A stretch of 41,769 bases of DNA. It comes from a virus. The translations under genes were made by a program, and so were the position numbers. Below are positions 17,589 to 24,675 of this stretch, in pieces. The DNA is taken from positions 1 through 41,769 of the IMG/VR virus record IMGVR_UViG_3300046513_000210, one strand, 5' to 3'. How positions within the stretch are numbered: the first letter of the stretch is position 1; every line of letters starts with the position of its first letter. The notes below the pieces were generated by a model that searched no databases, was not told where the DNA came from, and was given only the letters and a program-made list of their open reading frames with translations.

Positions 17589-18854
17589 TTAGCTAGAAGC
17601 CGCGCCATTCAGGGCCTCGGCGGCATTCTGCGAATTTCCGTTTCTAGTCATGGTCGAGCGGTGAATCAGGCTGAAGCCTTTCCCGTCTAACCATTCGTGC
17701 CACTTGCTCAGGGCTTCGCGCTTGAGCAGTTCGGCGGATGTGTGGATGTAGGTCTGCACGTTGCGGGTCATCGTGTGGTTCACCAGCATCTCGCCGATGA
17801 GGAAGTCCACGCCGAGGTCAGTCCAACCGGTGCGGGCAACCTTGCGCAGGTCGTGACTTGTCCACTCACCCTGTCCCAACCGGGTGAATACGGCGCAGGC
17901 CTGGCTGTCACTGAGGCATCCACCGCCACGCGCAGGGAACACGAAAGCGCCCTTGTAGCCCTTCGCTGCCTGCCAATCTCGGTACCGTTCCAGCAGCGAG
18001 CAGACCTGATGCGTCAGTGGCAGTCGATGCTCGCAACGGGTCTTCGTGTTCTCTGCTGGGATGAACCACTCGCCCTGCTCACCCAGGGTCAGGTGCGACC
18101 ACCGAGCCATCCTTGATTCGCCAACGCGCGTGCCGTGACAGAGCATCATCAATGCCAGCATGCAGTCCTGCGGGTCACGGTCAAAGCCAACGGCCAGTTG
18201 CTCGATCACGTCCTCGAGCTGCACTGCGCGCAACCGGGATGGCTTCGGCTGGATTTTGGCCTTGGTGAAGTCGGTGAACTTGAAACCCGCGATTGGATTC
18301 AAGCTGATCATGCGCAGCTTCTCGGCCTGACGGAACGCCACCACCAGCACACCCCACATCAGGCGAACGTAGGACAGCGAGAACTCGGCCTGCATCGGCC
18401 ACATCAGTTGCTTGTCCAGGGTGAATCGGTCGACCTCCTCCACCAGCAGCTCACCAAGCCGTGGCTTCAAGTGGCAGGCAATGATTGACGTGTTGGTCGA
18501 CCGGCGCTTTGCCGACAAGCTTCGGTCAACGGCCTGACGCGCCGTAAACCAGTCGAGTAACTGGCCGACTGTCTGCAATGTACCCGCAGCGGCTGAGGCC
18601 TTCGGGTCGGCTGCCAAGCGCTCGCGGATCTTCGGCAGCGCATTGATCAATCCTTTCACGGGCAGCTCCGGGAAGCCGGCGATCTTCTCCCACTTCTTGC
18701 CAACCACCAGGTGCCACGTGCCACGATCGCGGTTTTTGTGGAACCGGAAATAAACGCCCGGATATCGCGCGTCCCGCATGTCACGGATGCCAGTGTTGGC
18801 CGATTGGCGACGGATTTCGGCATCCGAAAACGTGGTCAGCAGACTTTGGCTCAT
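17589..18854 (-). CDS. Tyrosine recombinase (P4-integrase-like), the second one in the genome
   Basis: Catalytic signature in order: HGTRVGE (R), ENTKTR (K), SHDLRKVAR (H-x-x-R), LVNH (H), QTYIH (Y). ATGA overlap with rusA. Confidence 0.85.
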   Translation of the reverse strand: MSQSLLTTFSDAEIRRQSANTGIRDMRDARYPGVYFRFHKNRDRGTWHLVVGKKWEKIAGFPELPVKGLINALPKIRERLAADPKASAAAGTLQTVGQLLDWFTARQAVDRSLSAKRRSTNTSIIACHLKPRLGELLVEEVDRFTLDKQLMWPMQAEFSLSYVRLMWGVLVVAFRQAEKLRMISLNPIAGFKFTDFTKAKIQPKPSRLRAVQLEDVIEQLAVGFDRDPQDCMLALMMLCHGTRVGESRMARWSHLTLGEQGEWFIPAENTKTRCEHRLPLTHQVCSLLERYRDWQAAKGYKGAFVFPARGGGCLSDSQACAVFTRLGQGEWTSHDLRKVARTGWTDLGVDFLIGEMLVNHTMTRNVQTYIHTSAELLKREALSKWHEWLDGKGFSLIHRSTMTRNGNSQNAAEALNGAASS

Positions 18855-19222
18855 TGCGTATTCGACTCCGGGTCGATCGGGTAGTCCCGGATATGCACGC
18901 GCACCAAACCACCCGGTACCGGCTCCCCAATGTTTATCGTTGTAACGAAGTTCTTATCGTCGATTCCTAACCCGTCAGCGATTCCGTCCCTGCCAGCTTT
19001 GAAGCGCGCCAGTAGGTTGTCATCGTCGTAGGAGCGGCGATTAGGCGGGCAGAACGTTACCCAGAAGTACTTCTTGCCACTGAGACGCGGCGCATCCAGC
19101 GCCAGCGCGACCAGTCCGCAGAGACGGCGATAAGCTTTCGCGTGCTTGTGTTTTTGTCGCCAGTGAACACGCGCATTCGGACTCAATTCCTTGGGCGGCC
19201 ACGGCAGCGTCATGTCGATCAT
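18851..19222 (-). CDS. rusA: Holliday junction resolvase RusA
   Basis: LPWPPKELSPNARVHW...YDDDNLLARFKAGRDGIADGLGIDDKNF matches the RusA family pattern. Confidence 0.88.
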   Translation of the reverse strand: MIDMTLPWPPKELSPNARVHWRQKHKHAKAYRRLCGLVALALDAPRLSGKKYFWVTFCPPNRRSYDDDNLLARFKAGRDGIADGLGIDDKNFVTTINIGEPVPGGLVRVHIRDYPIDPESNTQ

Positions 19223-19521
19223 GCAGCCCCCTTTACGGTGAGAATTCCGGCCCGGATCAGGCCTTCGTGAGTTTCAGCAATGGCGCGCGGCATGTCCTGC
19301 CAGTCGATGTCACCAGAGGAGCGGCCGTCGATGACGTCGTGACAGGCAGCACAGGCGTACACCGCCACTGTGTCGAAGCCCTTCATGCCCATGCCCTTCT
19401 GGCCGCACGGCAGATGCGCAAGAACGGTGGTTTCCGGGTTGTGATTGCAAATGCCCGGTATCCGGACGGTGCACTCTTGGCCGTTGGCCGAGGCGCGGAG
19501 TTTCTTTGAGGTCATTCGCAT
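19219..19521 (-). CDS. YbcO-like (DUF1364) putative nuclease
   Basis: GQECTVRIPGICNHNPETTVLAHL...ACAACHDVIDGR closely parallels E. coli DLP12 YbcO (GRECQVRIPGVCNGNPETSVLAHI...CSACHDEIDRR), recalled from memory. Confidence 0.85.
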   Translation of the reverse strand: MRMTSKKLRASANGQECTVRIPGICNHNPETTVLAHLPCGQKGMGMKGFDTVAVYACAACHDVIDGRSSGDIDWQDMPRAIAETHEGLIRAGILTVKGAA

Positions 19522-19721
19522 GCAGGCTTACCCGTGATGACATCGACGACTTCGTAGGTACCTGGCCACATCCACGCGCCGTAGCGCTTCGCCATCGCCG
19601 AATCAGCGAACAACGCCAGCGCATGATCCGGAGGTGAGCTCAAGTCGACCTTGAACGAGCAGCAAAACACCGCGAAACGGTAGGTATCGATCTCAGGGAC
19701 AGCCAGACGCCGATCAGCCAT
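19512..19721 (-). CDS. Hypothetical protein (69 aa from the internal ATG)
   Basis: MADRRLAVPEIDTYRF... Lies in the operon between the P-like and YbcO-like genes, with short overlaps on both sides. Confidence 0.6.
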   Translation of the reverse strand: MADRRLAVPEIDTYRFAVFCCSFKVDLSSPPDHALALFADSAMAKRYGAWMWPGTYEVVDVITGKPACE

Positions 19722-20397
19722 GCGAACCTCCAAGCGCACTGCGCAGTTTTGCCAAGGCATCCTTTCCGACTTCAGGTGTTACCTTCGCCGCGGCACGAGC
19801 TGGTAATGCCTTCGGCATAGCTTGCAGCGGGAGCCCTGACAGTAAGCGGCGAATGGTGATCGTGTAGTTGCGCTCAAACAGTTTCAGGCTTAGCGCGGTG
19901 TCGAGCTTGTTAAGGCTCTCAAAACCGCACTCTTTGGCCGTATGCCATACCGCGTCATGCGACCACTGTCCCTGCCCGGCCATGCTCGGATGAGCGTTGC
20001 GGCAGGCTTCCCGGTGCGCGGAGGCGATTGGCGGCAGGCCAAGCATTTCGGGAGTTGGTTTGCACCACTCGATGAACTGCCCCGGGCTTGGGATGAAGTC
20101 GCCCGACTGCTTGCGCACCTGCGCCATCCCGAAATCGATCTGCCCCTGAGTGCTGATTCCTTCTTCGAGAAATGCCTGGTACCACTGCCTCTTCGACGCT
20201 TGATAGGTCTCTTTGTCTGGCCACGCTTGGCGCCAAGCCGAACGGATAGATCGAAGCTCCCCGAACAGGTTGTTGATGGCGGACACCAAAGTGCTGCTGT
20301 CGTCGCTGACCGCCGGTGAAGCATCCTCGGCAGCTATGAATTCGCCTGACTGAGCTTTTTCCCACAAGCCGTTGGCAACCACGGAAACAGCCTTCAT
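19714..20397 (-). CDS. Replication protein, lambda P-like (helicase loader)
   Basis: ...KRQWYQAFLEEGI...GDFIPSPGQFIEWCKP resembles the Phage_lambda_P pattern. ATGA overlap with the O-like gene when started at ATG 20397. Confidence 0.7.
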   Translation of the reverse strand: MKAVSVVANGLWEKAQSGEFIAAEDASPAVSDDSSTLVSAINNLFGELRSIRSAWRQAWPDKETYQASKRQWYQAFLEEGISTQGQIDFGMAQVRKQSGDFIPSPGQFIEWCKPTPEMLGLPPIASAHREACRNAHPSMAGQGQWSHDAVWHTAKECGFESLNKLDTALSLKLFERNYTITIRRLLSGLPLQAMPKALPARAAAKVTPEVGKDALAKLRSALGGSHG

Positions 20398-21143
20398 GGT
20401 TTCACCCCGCTCTGCCATCCAGTGTCGTTGTCGTCGAAATCAGTAACGGGTGCATTCTTCGGCTTGAATTGAGCGACGTTGGTCGCCGCTGAGCGGGCCT
20501 TGTCGTTGCACACCCACTTGACCAGCATCTGCACCCACTCGGCCTGAGTGTTCACCTGCCCGCGGGGTTCATAGTGCGCGGTGAACGCGCGGCGCACTTC
20601 ATCGGTGAACATGGTGGGTGCCACGCCAGAATGGGTGGCATAGGTCTTCAGCAACTTGGCGTCAGGTTGCCAGTCGAGGGTCATTTCGCTCGGCATGCGA
20701 GGGTCTACTGGCTCATGCGCAGAGAGAGGTTCTTTATTCTTCTCTTTCTCTTCTTTAGGTAACGCTCCGCTAACGTTCGCAGCGTTACTTTTACCGTTAC
20801 TGGCTTTGTGATTTGCCACCCGCTTTGCGGTGAGAAGCCTGTTTTTAGCGGTCTTGCCGTTATGGCGCTCGAAGTGAGGAAGACTGATTACCCCGCCCTC
20901 CTCAATCATCCATGCGACAGACTTCATGTATTCACAGAAACCGGTAACGCCAACCAAGCGGTCGAGTAACTTTTTGCTAACGCTCGGAGCGTTACCATTC
21001 TCTGTTTGTTGATCGAACCACCCCCACACACGCATCAACTTGCCGACAACCGCATCCGGGTCGATATCAGCCAAGTCAGCGATCTGGCAGACCTCAGGCT
21101 TGTCCAGGGTGGTAAGTTCGAATTTGATCCAATCGCCGGCCAT
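20394..21143 (-). CDS. Replication organiser (O-like) with a DnaT-like C-terminal region
   Basis: MAGDWIKFELTTLDKPEV... N-domain, a low-complexity Lys/Glu linker that contains the iterons, and a C-terminal MTLDWQPD...AEWVQMLVKW region. Confidence 0.7.
   Translation of the reverse strand: MAGDWIKFELTTLDKPEVCQIADLADIDPDAVVGKLMRVWGWFDQQTENGNAPSVSKKLLDRLVGVTGFCEYMKSVAWMIEEGGVISLPHFERHNGKTAKNRLLTAKRVANHKASNGKSNAANVSGALPKEEKEKNKEPLSAHEPVDPRMPSEMTLDWQPDAKLLKTYATHSGVAPTMFTDEVRRAFTAHYEPRGQVNTQAEWVQMLVKWVCNDKARSAATNVAQFKPKNAPVTDFDDNDTGWQSGVKP
20731..20994. repeat. Putative origin: polypyrimidine AT-rich tract plus GTAACGCT/AGCGTTAC iterons inside the O-like gene
   Basis: ttctttattcttctctttctcttcttta at 20731-20758. 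TAACG-type repeats at 20759, 20769, 20781, 20793 and 20944. Perfect palindrome TAACGCTC-G-GAGCGTTA at 20978-20994. Confidence 0.5.
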
Positions 21144-21907
21144 TACACGCGCCCCTTCAACTGATACTGCGCCCACAGCCCGGCAACCCACTCGACGCCC
21201 TTTGGCGTAAACCGAGCCTGACTGAAAGCATGACCGTTAGATTCGCTAGTTCCGGTTTTCACTTCGAAACGCCCGGCAGCCTGATGATGCTGATAAGGGC
21301 TCAAAACGCCCCCGAGGTAGTACATCACCCGAGAATCGAGAAGCATTTGGCGGAATTGACGCTCGCTGGCATTCAGGAGCTTTGCGACTTGGCGAAAGCC
21401 CATCGAGCCTGATGCCTGAACGTAGTGATCGACGAATGCAGCCTTGGGGGCAGCAATAGCAAGCGCGTGCTGGGCTGCCTGCTGGAGTTCGAACTGTTCA
21501 GCCCAGGCTCGAGCGGCTGCGGCAGGATTTGAAAAATCAGGTAGCGAAGCGAGGACACGAGGCCCTTCCAGTTCCTTGAGCTTTTGCAAAACTGAGCGAC
21601 GAACTGCTTTCGACTCTCGCATGCCCACGAGCATGCATTGATCGAGGGTCAGGTCATAACTGGCCATGTCGACCCGGCTCTGGGGGTGTGCAACAAATTT
21701 GCACTCCCCCAACTCATCGCCGAGTTCGTCTTGAACTCGGATGATGAATTGGTCATTTCTGACTTTCGGCTCGCCAGCGTGAGCGCGCGCTTCGTTCACC
21801 ATATCGCGCAGATCGATGCTAGAAACAGTACGCGACACCGTTTCGGAACCATGAAAACGTGTCGCGACATTTACAGGTGTATTGCTGGGGTTGGGTGAAC
21901 TGTGCAT
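21143..21907 (-). CDS. Rha / KilA-C (ANT) family regulatory or antirepressor-like protein
   Basis: YDLTLDQCMLVGMRESKAVR (Rha-like) and C-terminal FVDHYVQASGSMGFRQVAKLL... (KilAC-like). GGAG RBS. Confidence 0.7.
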   Translation of the reverse strand: MHSSPNPSNTPVNVATRFHGSETVSRTVSSIDLRDMVNEARAHAGEPKVRNDQFIIRVQDELGDELGECKFVAHPQSRVDMASYDLTLDQCMLVGMRESKAVRRSVLQKLKELEGPRVLASLPDFSNPAAAARAWAEQFELQQAAQHALAIAAPKAAFVDHYVQASGSMGFRQVAKLLNASERQFRQMLLDSRVMYYLGGVLSPYQHHQAAGRFEVKTGTSESNGHAFSQARFTPKGVEWVAGLWAQYQLKGRV

Positions 21908-21937
21908 AATCAGCTCCAGAACGTTTTACCGCTGTTG

Positions 21938-21967
21938 AAAAAACCGACCTCGTACGTCGGTTTTTTT
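21938..21967. terminator. Bidirectional intrinsic terminator between cII-like and the Rha-like gene
   Basis: AAAAAACCGAC-ctcgtac-GTCGGTTTTTTT, with U-tracts available on both strands. Confidence 0.7.
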
Positions 21968-21978
21968 GTGTCTGTAAT

Positions 21979-22401
21979 TCAGGCAGCCTTGAGCGATTCA
22001 CGCAGGATTTGAAGCGCATCAATCGCCTCAAGAATTGCTTTTTCGCCTTGGGCTTTTTCGTGCTGGCTGATGTGGTTGTCCGCTGCGGCGTCGAAGATCA
22101 GACGGCCCACATCACCGCACTCGGCAGACAGGTGACCGAGCGCGACCATCAGCGGCTTAGCGGCCGGCTTTTCACGGGCGACCAAGTCAAAATCAAATTG
22201 GTCTGCCAGCGAAATAAGGGGACGCATGTCACCCGTGTGCAGCAAGATCCCGAACAGATGTTCGATTGTCAGATGGTGCGCAGCGTTGTCCGGATTGGAG
22301 CGCTGCAGCAGGCTCACGTGAGCCATGCACATCTTCCCCGCCAGTTCTTCTGCGCCAGCCTCTTTAACTGTGGCGTGCGTAGCTCTCAAAAAATCTTCCA
22401 T
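21979..22401 (-). CDS. cII-like regulatory protein (CP76-type; tentative)
   Basis: 140 aa from ATG 22401. It is the second gene of the PR operon after cro. Family assignment is from memory only. Confidence 0.55.
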   Translation of the reverse strand: MEDFLRATHATVKEAGAEELAGKMCMAHVSLLQRSNPDNAAHHLTIEHLFGILLHTGDMRPLISLADQFDFDLVAREKPAAKPLMVALGHLSAECGDVGRLIFDAAADNHISQHEKAQGEKAILEAIDALQILRESLKAA

Positions 22402-22476
22402 TCGTAAAACCTCAAACTTGTTTCCGTGGCGTTCAATTTGGTGTGATGAGAATCTGCGCAGCACGGGAGATCTGGC

Positions 22477-22686
22477 TTAAGCAGCCTTTGGAGACAGACT
22501 TGGGCGAAGGTCGATAGCCTTTATTTTTCCCATCGTGAGTCTTTCTGCACGTAGAGCTACCTCAGCCGAGCAGCCGTGAACGCCTCGAATCCAGCCGCTG
22601 ACTGAGCCTTGCTTGACCTTTAGGGCCTTGGCTGTTTTCGCCTGGGATCCGAAGTGAGCCACAAGCTTTTCAAATGTCGCGTTCAT
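22477..22686 (-). CDS. cro: Cro-like HTH repressor (YdaS/Cro family)
   Basis: 69 aa. FGSQAKTAKALKVKQGSVSGWIRG is an HTH. Divergent from cI across the operators. Confidence 0.85.
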   Translation of the reverse strand: MNATFEKLVAHFGSQAKTAKALKVKQGSVSGWIRGVHGCSAEVALRAERLTMGKIKAIDLRPSLSPKAA

Positions 22687-22702
22687 AAATATCGATCCGC
22701 AT

Positions 22703-22766
22703 AAAGGGATGCCTTTACTCTAAACAAAGGCATACCTTTTTGCAAACATAAAGGCTGACCTATAAA
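22703..22766. promoter_or_regulatory. OR region: three 14-bp operators with PR and PRM
   Basis: Operators: AAAGGGATGCCTTT (22703-16), AAAGGCATACCTTT (22726-39), AAAGGCTGACCTAT (22750-63). PR on the minus strand: TTGCAA (22745-40), 17 bp, TAGAGT (22722-17). PRM on the plus strand reuses the palindromic TTGCAA with TATAAA (22761-66) and a 15-bp spacer. Confidence 0.7.
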
Positions 22767-22775
22767 TTGTCTTGC

Positions 22776-23516
22776 ATGGAACTTAAAGACAGATTGAAAC
22801 AAGCTCGGAAAAACGCCGGCCTAACCCAGGCTCAGCTCGCGGAGCTGGCGGGCATTAAGCAGTCGTCGATTTCTGAAATTGAACGCGGCCTTTCGCGTAC
22901 CAGTGGGCACCTGGTGAAAATCGCTCAAATTTGCCAGGTCGATCCAATCTGGCTTGCAGAGGGATACGGAACGGTTCATGCCCGAATAAAGGACGGCTAC
23001 AGAGTTCAAAGTGAGCCAAATGCAGAATTGCTTGGTGATCTGTCTGTATGGGATCACGGCGACCCTCTGGATGAGGACGATTGTGAAGTGCCGTATTACG
23101 ACCAAGTTGAGTTTGCTGGCGGTGGCGGGATGACGGAAGTCATAGAAATTACAGATCGGAAACTCCGATTCAGTAACTCTACGCTCCGCTCTGCTGGTGT
23201 TGATTGCAAAAGCGCAGCATGTGCAAGGGTTCACGGCCGTAGCATGGAGAGATTAATTCTCCATGGAGCAGCAATCGGCTTTGACCGCTCCGACACGTCA
23301 ATTATTGACGGGGAGATCTACGCTTTTAACCATGGCGGAATGCTGCGAGTGAAGTACCTTTACCGTCTTCCGGCGGGCTCCGTAAGAATTCGGAGTGAAA
23401 ACACTGAGGATTATCCGGACGAGACCATGAGCGCAGATGAGTTCCGGGAAGAAGTAAAAATGCTCGGTCGTGTCTTCTGGTGGTCGACTGTTCGCAGGTC
23501 GCCTCGCAGAGCTTAA
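22776..23516 (+). CDS. cI: CI-type prophage repressor (XRE HTH plus S24 LexA-like autopeptidase)
   Basis: LTQAQLAELAGIKQSSISEIERG is an HTH. Ala-Gly site in EFAGGGG, Ser in HGRSM, Lys in LRVKYL. ATG 22776 lies ~10 nt after the PRM -10, so the mRNA is probably leaderless. Confidence 0.9.
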   Translation: MELKDRLKQARKNAGLTQAQLAELAGIKQSSISEIERGLSRTSGHLVKIAQICQVDPIWLAEGYGTVHARIKDGYRVQSEPNAELLGDLSVWDHGDPLDEDDCEVPYYDQVEFAGGGGMTEVIEITDRKLRFSNSTLRSAGVDCKSAACARVHGRSMERLILHGAAIGFDRSDTSIIDGEIYAFNHGGMLRVKYLYRLPAGSVRIRSENTEDYPDETMSADEFREEVKMLGRVFWWSTVRRSPRRA

Positions 23517-23534
23517 ATTAGCACTGCATCCCAA

Positions 23535-23560
23535 GCCCCTCTCTCGAGGGGCTTTTTTTT
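23535..23560 (+). terminator. Intrinsic terminator after cI
   Basis: GCCCCTC-tctc-GAGGGGC followed by TTTTTTTT. Confidence 0.85.
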
Positions 23561-23577
23561 GCCTACAACAAAATTAA

Positions 23578-23649
23578 AAAGGCATCCCAATACGAAAATG
23601 AAAATATAAAGGCATACCTGTTGACACAAAATAAAGGCAAGCCTATATT
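23578..23649 (+). promoter_or_regulatory. OL region with PL: TTGACA, 17-bp spacer, TATATT
   Basis: Operator copies: AAAGGCATCCCAAT (23578-91), AAAGGCATACCTGT (23608-21), AAAGGCAAGCCTAT (23633-46). The -35 is at 23621-26 and the -10 at 23644-49. Confidence 0.75.
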
Positions 23650-23686
23650 TTACTCAAGCCGATATGGCCAGCAGCGAAAGCCGCGC

Positions 23687-23729
23687 CGTTCTTTAACAAA
23701 CTGAAGACGAACCCTGATTGCGATCAGGG
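23687..23729 (+). promoter_or_regulatory. nutL-like site: boxA-like CGTTCTTTAACAA plus a boxB-like hairpin
   Basis: 23687-99 matches the rrn boxA consensus TGCTCTTTAACAA at 11 of 13 positions. Twelve nt downstream is CCCTGAT-TGCG-ATCAGGG (23712-29). Confidence 0.5.
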
Positions 23730-23859
23730 AACAACAACGCAACACGGCCTGCTTCCGTGCCCGGTAACTCGGCACGCAAGGTTCGCCGCTGATGGACATC
23801 ATCACTGAGCAGCCTTCTCGCGAGGGCTGCTTGGGATGACAACCGACAGGTAATCAACC

Positions 23860-24171
23860 ATGAAGCACTCAACAGCAATTGCTCTGCTCGAAATTCACGC
23901 ATCTAACTGCGAGAACAACGCGGTGATTCAAGAGCGCGAAGGTCAGTTCGAAGACGCGGCGAATTGCCGTAGCAACGCAGTCGACTACCGCGCGGCAATC
24001 GCAGAACTGCAGCCCGCTTCTGCACTGTCAGAAGCCTGGAGCGTGAAGATGCAGGCGACAGCGGAAGGAAAGTATGTCGCCACCGGCATCGGTCTCGGTT
24101 TGGGAGAAAGCAGCGGGCAATTTCTAGTCAGCGCCGATCGGTTTGCGACTGCTTCACCACAGGCCGAGTGA
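23860..24171 (+). CDS. 103-aa protein whose C-terminal third is homologous to an internal segment of the J tail-tip protein
   Basis: AWSVKMQATAEGKYVATGIGLGLGESSGQFLVSADRFA versus J MWSVKMQVTSNGQYVAAGIGLGIENTGAGLQSQFLVSADRFA. It is the first ORF after PL/nutL. The RBS is weak. Confidence 0.6.
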   Translation: MKHSTAIALLEIHASNCENNAVIQEREGQFEDAANCRSNAVDYRAAIAELQPASALSEAWSVKMQATAEGKYVATGIGLGLGESSGQFLVSADRFATASPQAE

Positions 24172-24393
24172 ACATCGCTTCTGCAACTTGGCGACAGGGT
24201 GCAGCGGGATGCGGAAGCCAACCCAGCAGACGCTGGACACCTGCAGGCAACACCAGAGACCGGCGAGCGCCCGCCAGAATGCCAACGGCGCGCATTGGAG
24301 GATGACCAACATGAAATAGACCAACGCTTCAACTTGGGTAGCGAAGAAAGCCTGCAGTATTCGCTCGAGACTCCATGAACAGGCAGCGGACAT
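24154..24393 (-). CDS. Possible 79-aa Cys/Trp-rich hydrophobic protein, convergent with the PL operon
   Basis: ORF 24154..24441. Hand count of third-codon positions over 24181-24240 gives 18/20 G or C, against 9/20 and 12/20 at the other two positions. No comparable plus-strand ORF exists. Hydrophobic stretch ALVYFMLVILQCAPLAFWRALAGLWCCL. Confidence 0.4.
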   Translation of the reverse strand: MSAACSWSLERILQAFFATQVEALVYFMLVILQCAPLAFWRALAGLWCCLQVSSVCWVGFRIPLHPVAKLQKRCSLGLW

Positions 24394-24542
24394 CTTGGTC
24401 GACGGTGTCACCGCGCACCAGCCGGGCAACCGGTAGGCCAACCCCTAGCGACGACACACCGATGATGATTCAACCCCAGGCTGTCGCCAGTAGCGAGCCT
24501 GGTGGGCTTCTCACGTAGGGAGGTCTTCGTGTGAAGCAAACG

Positions 24543-24572
24543 AAAAAGCCCGGGTGATCTCGGGCTTTTTTT
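24543..24572. terminator. Strong bidirectional intrinsic terminator (tL-like)
   Basis: AAAAAGCCCG-ggtgatct-CGGGCTTTTTTT. Confidence 0.8.
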
Positions 24573-24675
24573 CGCCTCGCCTTTATCCGTCAGCACTCTC
24601 CCCTGTGCCCAACGGCAACCAGCATGCGGCGCCGAGTGCTGACGAATACATGCAAGCCAATCCACGGAGTCAGCC

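Noticed and set aside
17589-18854. Second integrase as evidence of a nested mobile element or satellite inserted in the phage
   Set aside because: I saw no flanking direct repeats. The gene overlaps rusA by ATGA and continues the operon without any shift in GC or orientation. Nesting therefore seems unlikely, though I have not excluded it computationally.
23693-23902. 69-aa minus-strand ORF in the PL leader
   Set aside because: It is antisense to the structured leader and to the start of the 103-aa ORF. It has no RBS and a Leu/Arg/Ser-rich composition.
23860-24171. Diversity-generating retroelement (template repeat versus variable repeat) as the explanation for the J-like fragment
   Set aside because: No reverse transcriptase gene is present. 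The nucleotide differences between 24034-24147 and 38260-38395 are not restricted to adenines, since synonymous and indel changes occur throughout. Identity is only about two thirds.
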